From a candidate division FCPU426 bacterium (GTDB lineage Bacteria > Oederibacteriota > Muellerivitia > Muellerivitales > Muellerivitaceae): a DNA stretch of 64,000 bases. The stretch covers positions 1 to 64,000 of the forward strand of contig CAWKAR010000028.1 of NCBI GenBank assembly GCA_963847625.1, written 5' to 3'. The translations under genes and the position numbers were made by a program. Position 1 is the stretch's first letter, and each line of letters begins with the position of its first letter. Positions 7,808 to 18,443 of the stretch are shown one piece after another. The notes under the pieces are model-generated. The model made no database searches and was not told the DNA's origin. It saw only the letters and a list, made by a program, of their open reading frames with translations.

Positions 7808-9079
7808 TTAAAACGTGGGGACCTGCTTCAGGTATTGGGTATTGATATCCGCGCATAAGATGCGGGTGATACCGTTGATATCCTTGAAAAGCCTGGCAAA
7901 AGTCACGCAAAGGCTTCCCGTCGGCTGGGACAAGTAGGCCTCGCTGACGTAAGTGGTTTTCCGCCCCCCGCCCTCCACCACCATGTAGTAATAGTCCCGA
8001 AGAGAATGGTCTGAGCCCGTTTTCCGGGGCTTGAACATCGTGCGGTTCCTGGAAATCCCCCCGGCTTCCCCGAAAATGGTTTCGGTGCATTGGATGCCAT
8101 GTTCGTCCAGGACATAGACGCACTCCACAAGTGGGAAATAATGGATAAGTTCCAGAAGTTTACGGTCAAAATCGCATTCCGGGATTTTAGAAACTTCCGT
8201 TTGTATTTCCCGCGTCATGAGTTCGTACTTGCGGAGGTTGAACCTCTTGACGTTGAGCTTTTCCAGGACCATTTCCTTGAACCTCTGGGAAAGGCGCTGG
8301 ATGGGGGCTTCCGAGACTTGGGCGTCCAGTTCGCCGAAGCGCTGGGGCGGGGTGATGAAATAGCCCTGGAGCATGTCCACCCCCATTTCCATGACGGTCA
8401 GGGCGTCCTCCTCAGTCTCGATTCCCTCGGCGACGATCAAGGCCCCGATTTGGCGCGCCAAGCCCACCAGGGATTTGAAAACCTCCTGCTTGTAAAAGTC
8501 TTTGGAAATATTCTCCACCAGGAACCGGTCAATCTTGAGGATATCGGGTTTCAAAAGGGGAATTCGATTGAGGTTGGAATGGCCCGCGCCGACGTCGTCC
8601 AAGGCGATGAGGAAACCATAACCCTGGTAGGTTTGTATGAAATTTTGAAGTTCCGCTAGGTCCTCGACCTGGGACTCGATGACCTCCATGGCGATGGATT
8701 CTGGTTTCAGGCCCAATGACAAGACTTGTTGGATCAGTTTCCCGGAATCGGAGCCTTTCTGGTCGATGACCGATACCTCGAAATTCAAGGACAGGAAAGC
8801 ATCGGGATTGTTCCCTAAAATCACCTTGAACTGTTCCAGGACCTTTTGCCGACAAAGCACGTCGAGGGAATAGGTAAGCCCCTGGATTTTGGCTTCCGAG
8901 AACAAATCACAGGGGTAAATGCGATGTTGGAGGAGAGGATGGATTCCGCGGGTCAAGCCCTCGTAACCGAGGATGGATTTTTTCCCAATGGAGACAATGG
9001 GCTGGAAATGGGGTTCGACGAATTCGCCGTCGATAACCTCATTCAGGTTGAAAGAGGCGGTTTGAGTCCGCAAGTTCAT
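7808..9079 (-). CDS. EAL-domain c-di-GMP phosphodiesterase with C-terminal sensor-like domain
   Basis: FQPIV, EGL, ALDDVGAGHS, LKIDR, VAEGIE and QGY motifs; YkuI-like C-terminus. Confidence 0.9.
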   Translation of the reverse strand: MNLRTQTASFNLNEVIDGEFVEPHFQPIVSIGKKSILGYEGLTRGIHPLLQHRIYPCDLFSEAKIQGLTYSLDVLCRQKVLEQFKVILGNNPDAFLSLNFEVSVIDQKGSDSGKLIQQVLSLGLKPESIAMEVIESQVEDLAELQNFIQTYQGYGFLIALDDVGAGHSNLNRIPLLKPDILKIDRFLVENISKDFYKQEVFKSLVGLARQIGALIVAEGIETEEDALTVMEMGVDMLQGYFITPPQRFGELDAQVSEAPIQRLSQRFKEMVLEKLNVKRFNLRKYELMTREIQTEVSKIPECDFDRKLLELIHYFPLVECVYVLDEHGIQCTETIFGEAGGISRNRTMFKPRKTGSDHSLRDYYYMVVEGGGRKTTYVSEAYLSQPTGSLCVTFARLFKDINGITRILCADINTQYLKQVPTF

Positions 9080-9325
9080 GGATGATTCCCGAAAATAAGG
9101 TCACTTATTCAGGCGAAACATAACGTTGTATACATAGAATTGGCTTTTATCCCGCCCATTATCAAGGGCCTTCAAAAATATTTTATACTTTCAACCGCTG
9201 TGGAACTTTTTAAGGAAAAAGGATTAGGTTGGAAAATCGAGGGTTACCATCGGTAATCGGGTGCTAAAAACATACTGCGTGACGCGAAGCACCGCTGTGG
9301 TAAAGCTGAAGTTTTGTAAGAAGTC

Positions 9326-10978
9326 CTAAATCTCCATAATAACGGGCAAAATCATGGGTCTTCGGTCGGATTTCTGGGAGAAGAACTTCTGGAGGGACTT
9401 GCGCATCACTTCCTTCACGCTACCCCAATCGACTATTTTGTCCTTCACTTCCGTTTCCAGAACCTTCTTGATCCGTTCCCGGGCATCCGCCATCAGCTCA
9501 TCCGACAGGCTTTCCGTAAAGCCCCGGGTCACCAAGTCGGGCCCCCCTACCACCGTCCCCTTGGACGCGTCCACGGTCACGAGGGCCACCACCACCCCGT
9601 CCTGGGATAAATGAAGCCTGTCCCGCAAGACCACTTCCCCCACCTCAGCCATGTGCTTGCCGTCCACGAAGATACTGCCGCCGGGTTGGTCCTTCTCGAT
9701 CCGGGCTTCCCCATCCTCGATGAGCAGTTTTTCCCCGTTCTCCAGCACCAGCGTGTTTTCCGGGGGCATGCCCATTTCCTCGGCCATCCGGGCGTGCATC
9801 ACCAGGTGGCGGTATTCCCCATGCACCGGGGCGAAATACTTGGGTTTCACCAGGGAAATCATGACCTTTTGTTCCTCCCGGCAGGCGTGGCCGGAAACGT
9901 GGATTTCCGAGACCGCCTCGTAAAGGACCTCCGCGCCGCGGCGGTAAAGCAGGTTGATGATGTTGGAGATGGCGCGCTCGTTTCCCGGTATGGTGCGGGC
10001 CGAAAGGAGAACAAGGTCGTCGGGTTGGATGGAAACCTGCTTGTGGTCGCCCATGGCCATGCGGGTCACGCTGCTCATGGGCTCGCCCTGGCTTCCCGTG
10101 GTCACGATGACGACTTTTTCCGGGTCCATCCCTTTTAAGTTCTCGGGGGACACCATCACGTTGGACGGCACATGCATGAAGCCCAGTTCCTGTGCTACCT
10201 GGGTGTTACGCACCATGCTTCGGCCCATGATGCAGACCTTTCGGCCGACCTTGCGGGCGGACTCGATGACCTGCTGGACCCGGTGGATGTTGCTGGCGAA
10301 ACAGGCCACGATGATGCGGCGCTTGGCCTTGGGAAAAATCTTGTCGAATTCCTCACCCACCACCTTTTCGGAGAGCGTGTATCCCTCCCGCTCCACGTTT
10401 GTGGAATCGGAAAGAAGGAGCAGGACCCCGTTGGAGCCGTAATGGGCGAAGCGGTTCAGGTCGATGGGCACGCCGTCGATGGGCGTGGGATCGATCTTGA
10501 AGTCGCCGGTATGGATGACCACCCCGGCCGGGGTCGTGAGGGCGATGCCGCAGCCGTCCACGATGCTGTGGGTGACCCGGATGTACTCGATATGGAAGGG
10601 CCCCACGTCGAAAGGCTGTTTAGGGTCCACTTCCACGAATTTGGGTTCCTCGGGCAGGTTGAATTCCTCCAATTTGGCCTTCACGAATCCCAGGGTAAGC
10701 TTTGTTCCATAGATAGGTACATTGAGTTTCTGGAGCAGATATGGCACGGCCCCGATATGGTCCTCATGCCCGTGGGTCAGCAAAACCGCCTGGAGCCGGC
10801 CGGGCGTTTCCGCCAAGAAGTTGAAATCGGGAATGATGTAATCCACCCCGGGGTGCCGGTCGTCCGGGAACATGATACCCGCGTCGATCATGACGGCCTG
10901 GCCGTCATACTCCAAAAGGGCCATATTCTTGCCGATTTCCCCCAGGCCTCCCAGGGGAATGAATGATAGCTTTCCCAA
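9326..10978 (-). CDS. rnj: Ribonuclease J
   Basis: GGLGEIGKN, THGHEDHIG, TGSQGEP, HVSGHA and PVHGE motifs. Confidence 0.97.
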   Translation of the reverse strand: MGKLSFIPLGGLGEIGKNMALLEYDGQAVMIDAGIMFPDDRHPGVDYIIPDFNFLAETPGRLQAVLLTHGHEDHIGAVPYLLQKLNVPIYGTKLTLGFVKAKLEEFNLPEEPKFVEVDPKQPFDVGPFHIEYIRVTHSIVDGCGIALTTPAGVVIHTGDFKIDPTPIDGVPIDLNRFAHYGSNGVLLLLSDSTNVEREGYTLSEKVVGEEFDKIFPKAKRRIIVACFASNIHRVQQVIESARKVGRKVCIMGRSMVRNTQVAQELGFMHVPSNVMVSPENLKGMDPEKVVIVTTGSQGEPMSSVTRMAMGDHKQVSIQPDDLVLLSARTIPGNERAISNIINLLYRRGAEVLYEAVSEIHVSGHACREEQKVMISLVKPKYFAPVHGEYRHLVMHARMAEEMGMPPENTLVLENGEKLLIEDGEARIEKDQPGGSIFVDGKHMAEVGEVVLRDRLHLSQDGVVVALVTVDASKGTVVGGPDLVTRGFTESLSDELMADARERIKKVLETEVKDKIVDWGSVKEVMRKSLQKFFSQKSDRRPMILPVIMEI

Positions 10979-11107
10979 AATAAATTACCTCCTCATGAGC
11001 TATAAACTTGATTCTTTCCTAAATAATGATAACCGTCTTGGGCATCAAAAGATTATGTCACAAACTCAACCTTTTTTCCTAGTTACGTGCCGCTGTTTAT
11101 TGAAAAA

Positions 11108-12094
11108 TTATTTTTCTTCCCAGGCAATATCATTCCAATTCGGGGCTTTTATATTTATAGCCGAGAGGCAATCCTGGAAATCCTTGGGCGGCGGGGCCAT
11201 GAAAGTCCTGGTGATGCCGGTCGTGGGATGCTTAAAAGAAAGCCGGAAGGCGTGCAGCATTTGGCGGGAAAACCCTCCCCTCTCCCCTCCATAAATGGAA
11301 TCCCCCAAAACCGGATGCTTGATGTAGGCCATGTGGACTCGGATCTGGTGGGTGCGGCCCGTTTCCAGTTTCAAATGCAGGAGGCTGGCTTTTTCCCCGC
11401 AAGAAAGTGAACGGAAATGGGTGATAGCCTTCCTTCCGGTCTCGGGCTGGACCGCCATTTTTTTCCTCGCCACAATATGCCGGCCCACCGGCGCGTCGAT
11501 TTTTCCATCTCCCTCCAGAATGCCACGAACGATCGCCAGGTATTCCCGGCCCAATTTCCTGGATTTTAACTGCTTGACCAGCGCGCGGAAGGCCAAGTCC
11601 GACTTGGCGATCGCCAACAATCCCGAGGTATCCTTATCCAACCGGTGGACCATGCCCGGCCGCAGAACACCCCCCACCCCCTCGATTTCGGGACAATGGG
11701 CTATTAACGCATTCATCAGGGTCTTATCCGGGTTACCCGCGCCCGGATGCACCACCAACCCCGCCGGTTTGTTCACCACCAATACCTGCCGGTCCTCGAA
11801 CACCACGTCCAAAGGCAAAGGCTGGGCCTCCATATGAGATTTTTCCAAAGGCGGGATCATCACGGTGAAGCTCTCTCCCTCTTTTATCAATAAACTGGGC
11901 TTCAGTTCCTTGGGGCGGGCATCGGAAGTCACGTTTCCCTTTTTAATCCAATCGTGGATATGGGTCCGGGAGACATCGGGCATTTGCGCAGTCAGAAAAA
12001 CATCCAGCCTCTTCCCCGCGAATTCAGGAGGGACCGCAAAGGTTGCTTCTTTAAGTTTGATGGGAATGGAACTCATGGGGGAAGGATATAACAA
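11108..12094 (-). CDS. rluD: RluA/RluD-family pseudouridine synthase
   Basis: S4 domain plus NKPAGLVVHP, HRLDKDTSG and TGRTHQIRVH motifs. Confidence 0.92.
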   Translation of the reverse strand: MLYPSPMSSIPIKLKEATFAVPPEFAGKRLDVFLTAQMPDVSRTHIHDWIKKGNVTSDARPKELKPSLLIKEGESFTVMIPPLEKSHMEAQPLPLDVVFEDRQVLVVNKPAGLVVHPGAGNPDKTLMNALIAHCPEIEGVGGVLRPGMVHRLDKDTSGLLAIAKSDLAFRALVKQLKSRKLGREYLAIVRGILEGDGKIDAPVGRHIVARKKMAVQPETGRKAITHFRSLSCGEKASLLHLKLETGRTHQIRVHMAYIKHPVLGDSIYGGERGGFSRQMLHAFRLSFKHPTTGITRTFMAPPPKDFQDCLSAINIKAPNWNDIAWEEK

Positions 12095-12928
12095 TCATGC
12101 CGCTTTAGGTGGCGGATTCTTCCGGTACTTGGCCCAGATCCAAACCAGGGCCGCCAGGGACGCCGCCACCAGGATGGCGCTGACGGCTTGGGACGCCGAA
12201 TTGAAAACAACGAGGTATCTTTTGTCCCAATCCCTCCGCCAGAACTCGATGACAAACCGGAGGGTTCCATAGGTCAACCCATAAAGGGCGAGGTTCAACC
12301 AGGAATAACGAAGCGTGTATTTCCGGCCCCAAAGAAGGATAAAGAACAGGGCCAGGTCGCCAGCTAATTCCCACAACTGCGTGGGAAGGTGCGGCAGTTT
12401 GTCATCCCCGCCCTGGAAAACGAACCCGTATTTCTGGCTCACATTACCGTAACAACATCCGTTCAAGAAGCAGCCCACCCGGCCAATGGCCTGGCCCAAC
12501 AAGGTATAGGGCGCGACCAAATCGAAAGAATAGGCAAGTGGCCATTTCTCCGCCTTGAACCAAAAGTAAGCCGCAACCAAAGCGCCGAAAAAACCACCGT
12601 AATAAACTATTCCTCCTTGCCAAATTTTATAGAAGTCGACCCACTTGTCACCACGAAACTCTTCGTGATTTTCAAAAATAAAGAAAATCCTGGCGCCTAT
12701 GATGGAAGAAAGGGTCAACCATAACACAAATTCGGAAGCTTTTTGATTGGCCTTCTCATAGGATGTCTTGATTTTCGGGGCAATGTATTTTCCCGCGTCC
12801 CTGCCAAAAAGGTAAAGACACAAAATCAATCCCAGGGCCAGACAAAACCCGTATGAATAAAAGTGGAGAGGACCCAGGGAAAACGAAAAAATGTGGAAGG
12901 GACCCAGGGAAAATAAAACGGGATACAT
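12095..12928 (-). CDS. lgt: Prolipoprotein diacylglyceryl transferase
   Basis: GAR, GGIVYYGG, GRVGCFLNGCCYG, PTQLWE and RFVIEFWR motifs. Confidence 0.95.
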   Translation of the reverse strand: MYPVLFSLGPFHIFSFSLGPLHFYSYGFCLALGLILCLYLFGRDAGKYIAPKIKTSYEKANQKASEFVLWLTLSSIIGARIFFIFENHEEFRGDKWVDFYKIWQGGIVYYGGFFGALVAAYFWFKAEKWPLAYSFDLVAPYTLLGQAIGRVGCFLNGCCYGNVSQKYGFVFQGGDDKLPHLPTQLWELAGDLALFFILLWGRKYTLRYSWLNLALYGLTYGTLRFVIEFWRRDWDKRYLVVFNSASQAVSAILVAASLAALVWIWAKYRKNPPPKAA

Positions 12929-13423
12929 TTAAAACCTTTCGAAAACACTTTCTTTTTTCCCGAACCAGTAAACCAAAACCAGGATCGACAAGCCGACCGT
13001 GATATAGGAATCCGCCAAGTTAAAGACCCATGGAAAATAAAATTTTCCAACATGCAGGTGGCCCACATCAATGAAGTCCACTACCTTACCATGAAAAACC
13101 CGGTCGATGAAATTCCCCATGGCCCCGCCCCAAATGAGACCAAGCGCGAAACGGGAAAAGGCCTTTTCGGCAGGGATAAAACGCTGGTAGGCGTAGATGA
13201 CCAGGCCCGCGCCGACCGTGATCATGATGAAAAAAGGGATTCGAACCAGGGCATTCATGTCGGCCATGAACCCGAAAGCAGCTCCTTTGTTTTGGATATA
13301 GGTCAAATATACAAAATGAGGAATCAGGGCGACCGACTGATCCAGCCTCAGAAAATGGATGACCGATATTTTGGAAATTTGGTCGATCAACAGGGCCCAG
13401 AGGGAGACGTGAAGGAGTCTCAT
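12929..13423 (-). CDS. lspA: Lipoprotein signal peptidase II (copy 2)
   Basis: DQISK, NKGAAFG, GGAMGNFIDR and FNLADS motifs. Confidence 0.93.
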   Translation of the reverse strand: MRLLHVSLWALLIDQISKISVIHFLRLDQSVALIPHFVYLTYIQNKGAAFGFMADMNALVRIPFFIMITVGAGLVIYAYQRFIPAEKAFSRFALGLIWGGAMGNFIDRVFHGKVVDFIDVGHLHVGKFYFPWVFNLADSYITVGLSILVLVYWFGKKESVFERF

Positions 13424-13896
13424 AAGGCGTTTTTACCGCTTTTCCTAAAGATGAACTCGAGAAGAAGAAAGATGAGGCCCACGGTGATGCAGGAATCGGC
13501 CACGTTGAAAATGTACCATTGGAATTCATGGTACCGGACATCCATGAAGTCGATGACTTTCCCATGGAGCAGGCGGTCGATGAAATTCCCGAAAGCCCCG
13601 CCCAGAACCAGCCCCAGCGCAACCCGGGAGAGAAGCCGGTCCGGGGCCAGGAACCGCTGGTAGGTATGGACGATGAAAACAGAAAGAGCGGTTACGGCCA
13701 CGAAAAAAGGGATCCGCACGAAAAGCTCCATATTGGACATGAACCCAAAGGCTGTGCCGGGATTTTGGATATAGGTAAAGTACAGTAAGTTCGGGCAAAG
13801 GGTGACCGATTCATTGAGATGAAGGGAACGGAGAATCAGGAACTTGGTGGCCTGGTCCAAGGCCGTCACCAGCATGGCGATGCCCAGGATGATCAC
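13420..13896 (-). CDS. lspA: Lipoprotein signal peptidase II (copy 1)
   Basis: DQATK, NPGTAFG, GGAFGNFIDR and FNVADS motifs. Overlaps the ileS stop. Confidence 0.93.
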   Translation of the reverse strand: MIILGIAMLVTALDQATKFLILRSLHLNESVTLCPNLLYFTYIQNPGTAFGFMSNMELFVRIPFFVAVTALSVFIVHTYQRFLAPDRLLSRVALGLVLGGAFGNFIDRLLHGKVIDFMDVRYHEFQWYIFNVADSCITVGLIFLLLEFIFRKSGKNAL

Positions 13897-16742
13897 GAGG
13901 CCAAGCCTCCGCCGGTTTCCCGCAGCTTTTTAACAACCGGACCGCAGCGGTGGCAGATATCCGGATAGGTTTTATCCATTTGTTCCGCCGGATAGTAATT
14001 CCAGCACCGGGCGCATTTTTGGCCCTTGGATTTTTTCGTCAAAATGCGGGTTTTTATGCGGGCTTCCTCGGCTTCCACGGAATCGGAGGGGGCCTTCCCG
14101 GATTGGAGCCCGACCCGGGAAACGAGGAAATAATAGCGGAGGTTTTCCAGGTGCTTTTGAAGGACCGGCATCACTTTTTCATTTTCAACGTACAAGTCGA
14201 CCTCGGCCTCCAAGGAGCTTCCGATGGTTTTATTTTGCCTTAGCGTCTCGAGCGATTTCGAAACTGCCCTTTTAACGGAAAAGAGATCCTCCCATTCCTG
14301 CAGGAAATTTTCATCCTTGGGGGATTCCAATTCCGGCCACCGGGATAAAAAGACGCTTTTTTCGCCTTTCTTTTTGAAGGAATCCTGGAGCGATTGCCAA
14401 ATTTCCTCCGAAGTGAAGGAAAGGATGGGGGCCACGGCCACGACAAATCCCATGAGGATGTCATAAAGCACCGTTTGAGCCGCCCGGCGGGCCTTTGAAT
14501 CCGCCTCGAAGGTATAAAGGCGGTCCTTTAAAATGTCAAAATAACCCGCGCTCAAACCCACGGAAAAAAATTGGTCCACCTGGTGGAAAACCTTGGTGAA
14601 CTGGTATTGGTCGTAAGCGGCGGTCATTCCGGATAGGGTTCTCTGGGCTTCCATCCAAGCCCACCGGTCCAAGGGTAAAAAGTCCTTTTCGCCCACCCGA
14701 TGTTCCGAGGGATGGAAGTCGAAAAGGTTTCCGAGGATGAACCGGAAGGTATTACGGATGCGCCGGTAGGCTTCGGACATCCGTTTGAGCATTTCCTCGC
14801 CGATGGCCACATCCTCGGTATAGTCCTCCGAGGACACCCAAAGGCGAAGCACATCCGCCCCGTATTTCTTGACCATTTCCAGTGGATCAATCACATTCCC
14901 CGCGCTCTTGTGCATGGCCTTGCCTTCGGTGTCCAAGACCCAGCCATGGGTCAAAACCCCGCTGAAAGGGGCTTTCCCTTTCAGGGCAACCCCCGTCCAA
15001 AGGGCGCTTTGGAACCATCCCCGGTGTTGGTCGCTTCCCTCCAAGTAGAGAACAAACGGTTTTTCCCCGGAGCTCACGGTTTTTAATTCATCGCGCTGGT
15101 CGATGACGGCGAAATGGGAATTTCCGGATTCGAACCAGACATCCAATATGTCGACTTCCTTCACGAAATCAGCTGAACCGCAATTCGGGCATTTATAGTC
15201 TTTAAGCCAACCGTAATTTCCCTCTTCAAACCAGCCCTCAATTCCCTCTTTTTCAACTTTATCCACAATCGATTCCAAAATGCGCCGGTCATCCACGACT
15301 TTATGGCATTTCCCGCAGTAAAAAGCCGTGATCGGCACCCCCCAGGACCTTTGCCTGGAAATGCACCAGTCGGCCCTGCCTTCCACCATGTTGCGGATCC
15401 TGTCTTTGCCCCAGGAGGGAATCCATTGGACCTTTTCGATCTCCTCCAGGCATTTTTTCCGCAAGTTCTTATTATCCAGCTCGATGAACCATTGGGCCGT
15501 GGCCCGGAAGATAATGGGAGTCTTGGACCGCCAACAATGGGGATAGCTGTGTTTCAGGGTCTCAACCGAAAGCAGGAGGCCCAACCCCTTGAGTTTTTCC
15601 ACGATTTTCGGGTTGGCGTCCCAAACCGAGACTCCCTCGAACTCCTTGAAACGGGAATCGTACCTTCCAGCCTCGTTCACGGGAGAATAAACCTCCAAAC
15701 CGTATTGAAGGCCGATCTCATAGTCCTCCCGGCCGTGGCCGGGGGCCGTATGGACCAACCCCGTTCCCGTGTCGGCGGTGACATGGGAACCCACCATGAC
15801 CAGCGAGTCCTTGTCGAGGAAGGGGTGGCGGGCCAAGGCCCGGTCGAGTGATTTCCCCATGGTTTCATCTATAACCTTCATTTCGGAAGCTTTCCAGCCG
15901 CAAGCTCCCGCCACCTGGGCCAGGAGAACCTTGGCCAGGATGTAATGCTTGTCCCCCACCTGGACAGTTACATACTCGAAATCCGGGTGGACGGAAATGC
16001 CCAGGTTCGCGGGCAGAGTCCAGGGGGTCGTCGTCCAAATCAGGAAGTAAAGGTTTTTCCGGGGGGTGTTGGGGAAAACCCCCTCCGGCAGTTGTTTGGC
16101 CGGGAAAGCCACGGTCACGGATAGGGACTCATGGTCGGCGTACTCCACCTCGGCTTCCGCCAGGGCCGACTTGCAAACCGGGCACCAATGGATGGGCCTC
16201 AAACGCCTGCTGACATAGCCTTCCGAGATCATTCGGGTCAGGGCCTTGACCAGGGAAAGCTCATAGGTGGGGTCCATGGTGGAATAGGGTTTTTCGAAAT
16301 CCCCGAACACCCCCAAGCGCTTGAATTCCTCCTTCTGCCGCTCGAGGTATTTTTTGGCGTACTTCCTGCATTCTTTCCAGATTTCAACCTTCGTCATGGA
16401 CTTCGCCTTGGAGCCCAGTTGCTCCACGACCTTATGTTCAATGGGCATTCCGTGGCAATCCCAGCCGGGGATATAGGGGCTATCGAAGCCCCGTAAAAAG
16501 CGGTACTTGACGATGATATCTTTTAAAACCTTGTTGAGCGCGTGGCCCATGTGGATATCGCCATTCGCGAAAGGGGGGCCGTCGTGAAGAATGTACCGGG
16601 ATGAACCGGATTTCCGCGGGACGGATTTATAAAAACCCAGTTCCTCCCAAACTTTCAGCCTCTGGGGCTCCGTCTGGGGAAGGTTGGCCTTCATGGGAAA
16701 GGCGGTTTGGGTGATGTTGAGTGTCGCTTTGTAATCGGCCAT
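13893..16742 (-). CDS. ileS: Isoleucine--tRNA ligase (type 1)
   Basis: HDGPPFANGDIHMGH, WTTTPWTLP, EGSDQHRGWF, AMHKS and C-terminal CARCW...CHRC Zn finger. Confidence 0.98.
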   Translation of the reverse strand: MADYKATLNITQTAFPMKANLPQTEPQRLKVWEELGFYKSVPRKSGSSRYILHDGPPFANGDIHMGHALNKVLKDIIVKYRFLRGFDSPYIPGWDCHGMPIEHKVVEQLGSKAKSMTKVEIWKECRKYAKKYLERQKEEFKRLGVFGDFEKPYSTMDPTYELSLVKALTRMISEGYVSRRLRPIHWCPVCKSALAEAEVEYADHESLSVTVAFPAKQLPEGVFPNTPRKNLYFLIWTTTPWTLPANLGISVHPDFEYVTVQVGDKHYILAKVLLAQVAGACGWKASEMKVIDETMGKSLDRALARHPFLDKDSLVMVGSHVTADTGTGLVHTAPGHGREDYEIGLQYGLEVYSPVNEAGRYDSRFKEFEGVSVWDANPKIVEKLKGLGLLLSVETLKHSYPHCWRSKTPIIFRATAQWFIELDNKNLRKKCLEEIEKVQWIPSWGKDRIRNMVEGRADWCISRQRSWGVPITAFYCGKCHKVVDDRRILESIVDKVEKEGIEGWFEEGNYGWLKDYKCPNCGSADFVKEVDILDVWFESGNSHFAVIDQRDELKTVSSGEKPFVLYLEGSDQHRGWFQSALWTGVALKGKAPFSGVLTHGWVLDTEGKAMHKSAGNVIDPLEMVKKYGADVLRLWVSSEDYTEDVAIGEEMLKRMSEAYRRIRNTFRFILGNLFDFHPSEHRVGEKDFLPLDRWAWMEAQRTLSGMTAAYDQYQFTKVFHQVDQFFSVGLSAGYFDILKDRLYTFEADSKARRAAQTVLYDILMGFVVAVAPILSFTSEEIWQSLQDSFKKKGEKSVFLSRWPELESPKDENFLQEWEDLFSVKRAVSKSLETLRQNKTIGSSLEAEVDLYVENEKVMPVLQKHLENLRYYFLVSRVGLQSGKAPSDSVEAEEARIKTRILTKKSKGQKCARCWNYYPAEQMDKTYPDICHRCGPVVKKLRETGGGLAS

Positions 16743-16899
16743 TCTTGATCCAATGACTTCGAATTAAGACCGTAAGATTATCAAATGCCGGTGGAAATGT
16801 TGAGTGTTTTCTGCTCGGTTATGATTGGGGGTCAGCGATCTTGAATAACTTATGCGTGTGTTGAAGCCTATTTGGGGCAGGCAGGCTTCAGAATGTTTT

Positions 16900-18186
16900 T
16901 CAAACTGAAACCCTCAGGACGCTGTTGTCGCCACCCAGGGTGTCGGTGACCCGTTCCGGGCAAGCCGGGTCCGGGATCCATTCCACGTCGTTCAACACGA
17001 ACTTGTAATGATAGACCCCTTGGTTCAGGGAGATGATGAACTGGAAACTGCCGTCGGGCTGCCGGACCATGGGGTCGATGTCCTTGTCCCAGTTGTTGAA
17101 ATCGCCCACGAGCGCGACCTTGAAAACCTCGCGGTGGGGCTTGAAAGTCAGGGTGACCTTGTTGGGCGGTTCAAAAGCCACCACCCGGTTTCGGCCCTGG
17201 GATTTGGCTTCGTAGAGACTGCTGTCGGCCGACTGGATCAACACATCCTCGTTGGCGGCGTCCACGGGAAAAGTGGCCACCCCCGCCGAAACGGTAAGAA
17301 CCCCTGTCGGCTTATACTCCATGTGCTCGAAGTGAGTTCCGGCAATCTTTTCCCGGATCCGGTCGGCCATCTCGAAGGCCCTCTTCCGGCTTGTTTCTGG
17401 AAGCACCAGGACCATCTCCTCCCCCCCGTACCGGGCCACGATATCAATCTCGCGGGCCTCGTTTTGCAGGATCTGCGCGATTTTTTTCAACACTTCGTTG
17501 CCGGCCGGGTGGCCGTTGGCGTCGTTGTATTTCTTGAAATGGTCGATGTCGATGATGATCAGGGAAAGAAGCCGGTGGTACCTCTCGGCGCGGATTCTCT
17601 CCTCTTTCAAGCGCTCCAGGAAATATCCGAAATTATAAAGGCCGGTCAGGCGGTCGGTGATGGCGATCTGGCGTGTCCGCTCGTAGAGGAGGGCGTACTC
17701 AATGGCCAACACGTCCTGGTTGAAGCCCTCTTCATCCTTCACGCGCATGGCGCTCTCAAAAAAAACAAGGCCCAGCCGGTTCAGGAGGGAAGAAACCTGA
17801 TCCAGTTCGTCGGCGTATACCAGATTCCCGTTGCTGTCACCTTCCCTCACGGACTCAGCCCCCATTTGCTTGAGGGTTTCCCGGAGGATATCCCGCATGA
17901 GGAACAGAAAAAAGACCATTTCGGTGGGGTTCAGTCGGTTTTCCGCCTGGAGGCTTCGAAGCTCGGAGACAATGGGCTTGAGCGCGGTGTCCACGGCCTG
18001 CTCGGCGCTTCCCTTTTTTTCCACGATGGCGACCAGGTCCATCAGGAGTTTCCGGATCTTATGGAAAATCGGCGAGTCGGGCTTGAATTGATCCACCCGG
18101 GACGACAAGGCCCGGGCCGAGGCGTTCCACTGTTCCCTCAGCAGGTCATCCTTGTTCTGTAAAAACTCTTTAAGTGAATTGATCAT
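16900..18186 (-). CDS. Diguanylate cyclase with RsbRD-like N-terminus and C-terminal CBM48/AMPK-beta-like glycogen-binding domain
   Basis: TDRLTGLYN, DIDHFKKYND, RYGGEEM and RxxD (REID). C-terminus VALVGDFNNW...YHYKFVLNDVEWIPDP...GGDNSVL. Confidence 0.88.
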   Translation of the reverse strand: MINSLKEFLQNKDDLLREQWNASARALSSRVDQFKPDSPIFHKIRKLLMDLVAIVEKKGSAEQAVDTALKPIVSELRSLQAENRLNPTEMVFFLFLMRDILRETLKQMGAESVREGDSNGNLVYADELDQVSSLLNRLGLVFFESAMRVKDEEGFNQDVLAIEYALLYERTRQIAITDRLTGLYNFGYFLERLKEERIRAERYHRLLSLIIIDIDHFKKYNDANGHPAGNEVLKKIAQILQNEAREIDIVARYGGEEMVLVLPETSRKRAFEMADRIREKIAGTHFEHMEYKPTGVLTVSAGVATFPVDAANEDVLIQSADSSLYEAKSQGRNRVVAFEPPNKVTLTFKPHREVFKVALVGDFNNWDKDIDPMVRQPDGSFQFIISLNQGVYHYKFVLNDVEWIPDPACPERVTDTLGGDNSVLRVSV

Positions 18187-18443
18187 GGTTTTCTTTTTCG
18201 TTCGGTATTAAAAGTGCCGCGGGCCTTATCCTTCCCCACGGCAGCAAATACTTTTATATTTTCAGCCAAACCCCGGTTTACATCCACTCCGTTCCAATTT
18301 AATTTCGCGTCCGGCAGGTATATCCTTTTAAATCAGGAGGATTTCCCGCGTTAAACCTTGAAGCCGTGAACGGCCTTTTCATTCGGACAATAAGAAAAAA
18401 AGTGCGGATATTCAAGGAAAGGGGAAGTCGAAAGGGCGGTTGG

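Noticed and set aside
17008..18162. Long antisense ORFs over GC-rich genes (also 23933-25051, 28772-29740, 49550-50584, 55282-56211, 62540-63463)
   Set aside because: They are expected from codon bias on the opposite strand of clearly identified genes and show no recognisable motifs.
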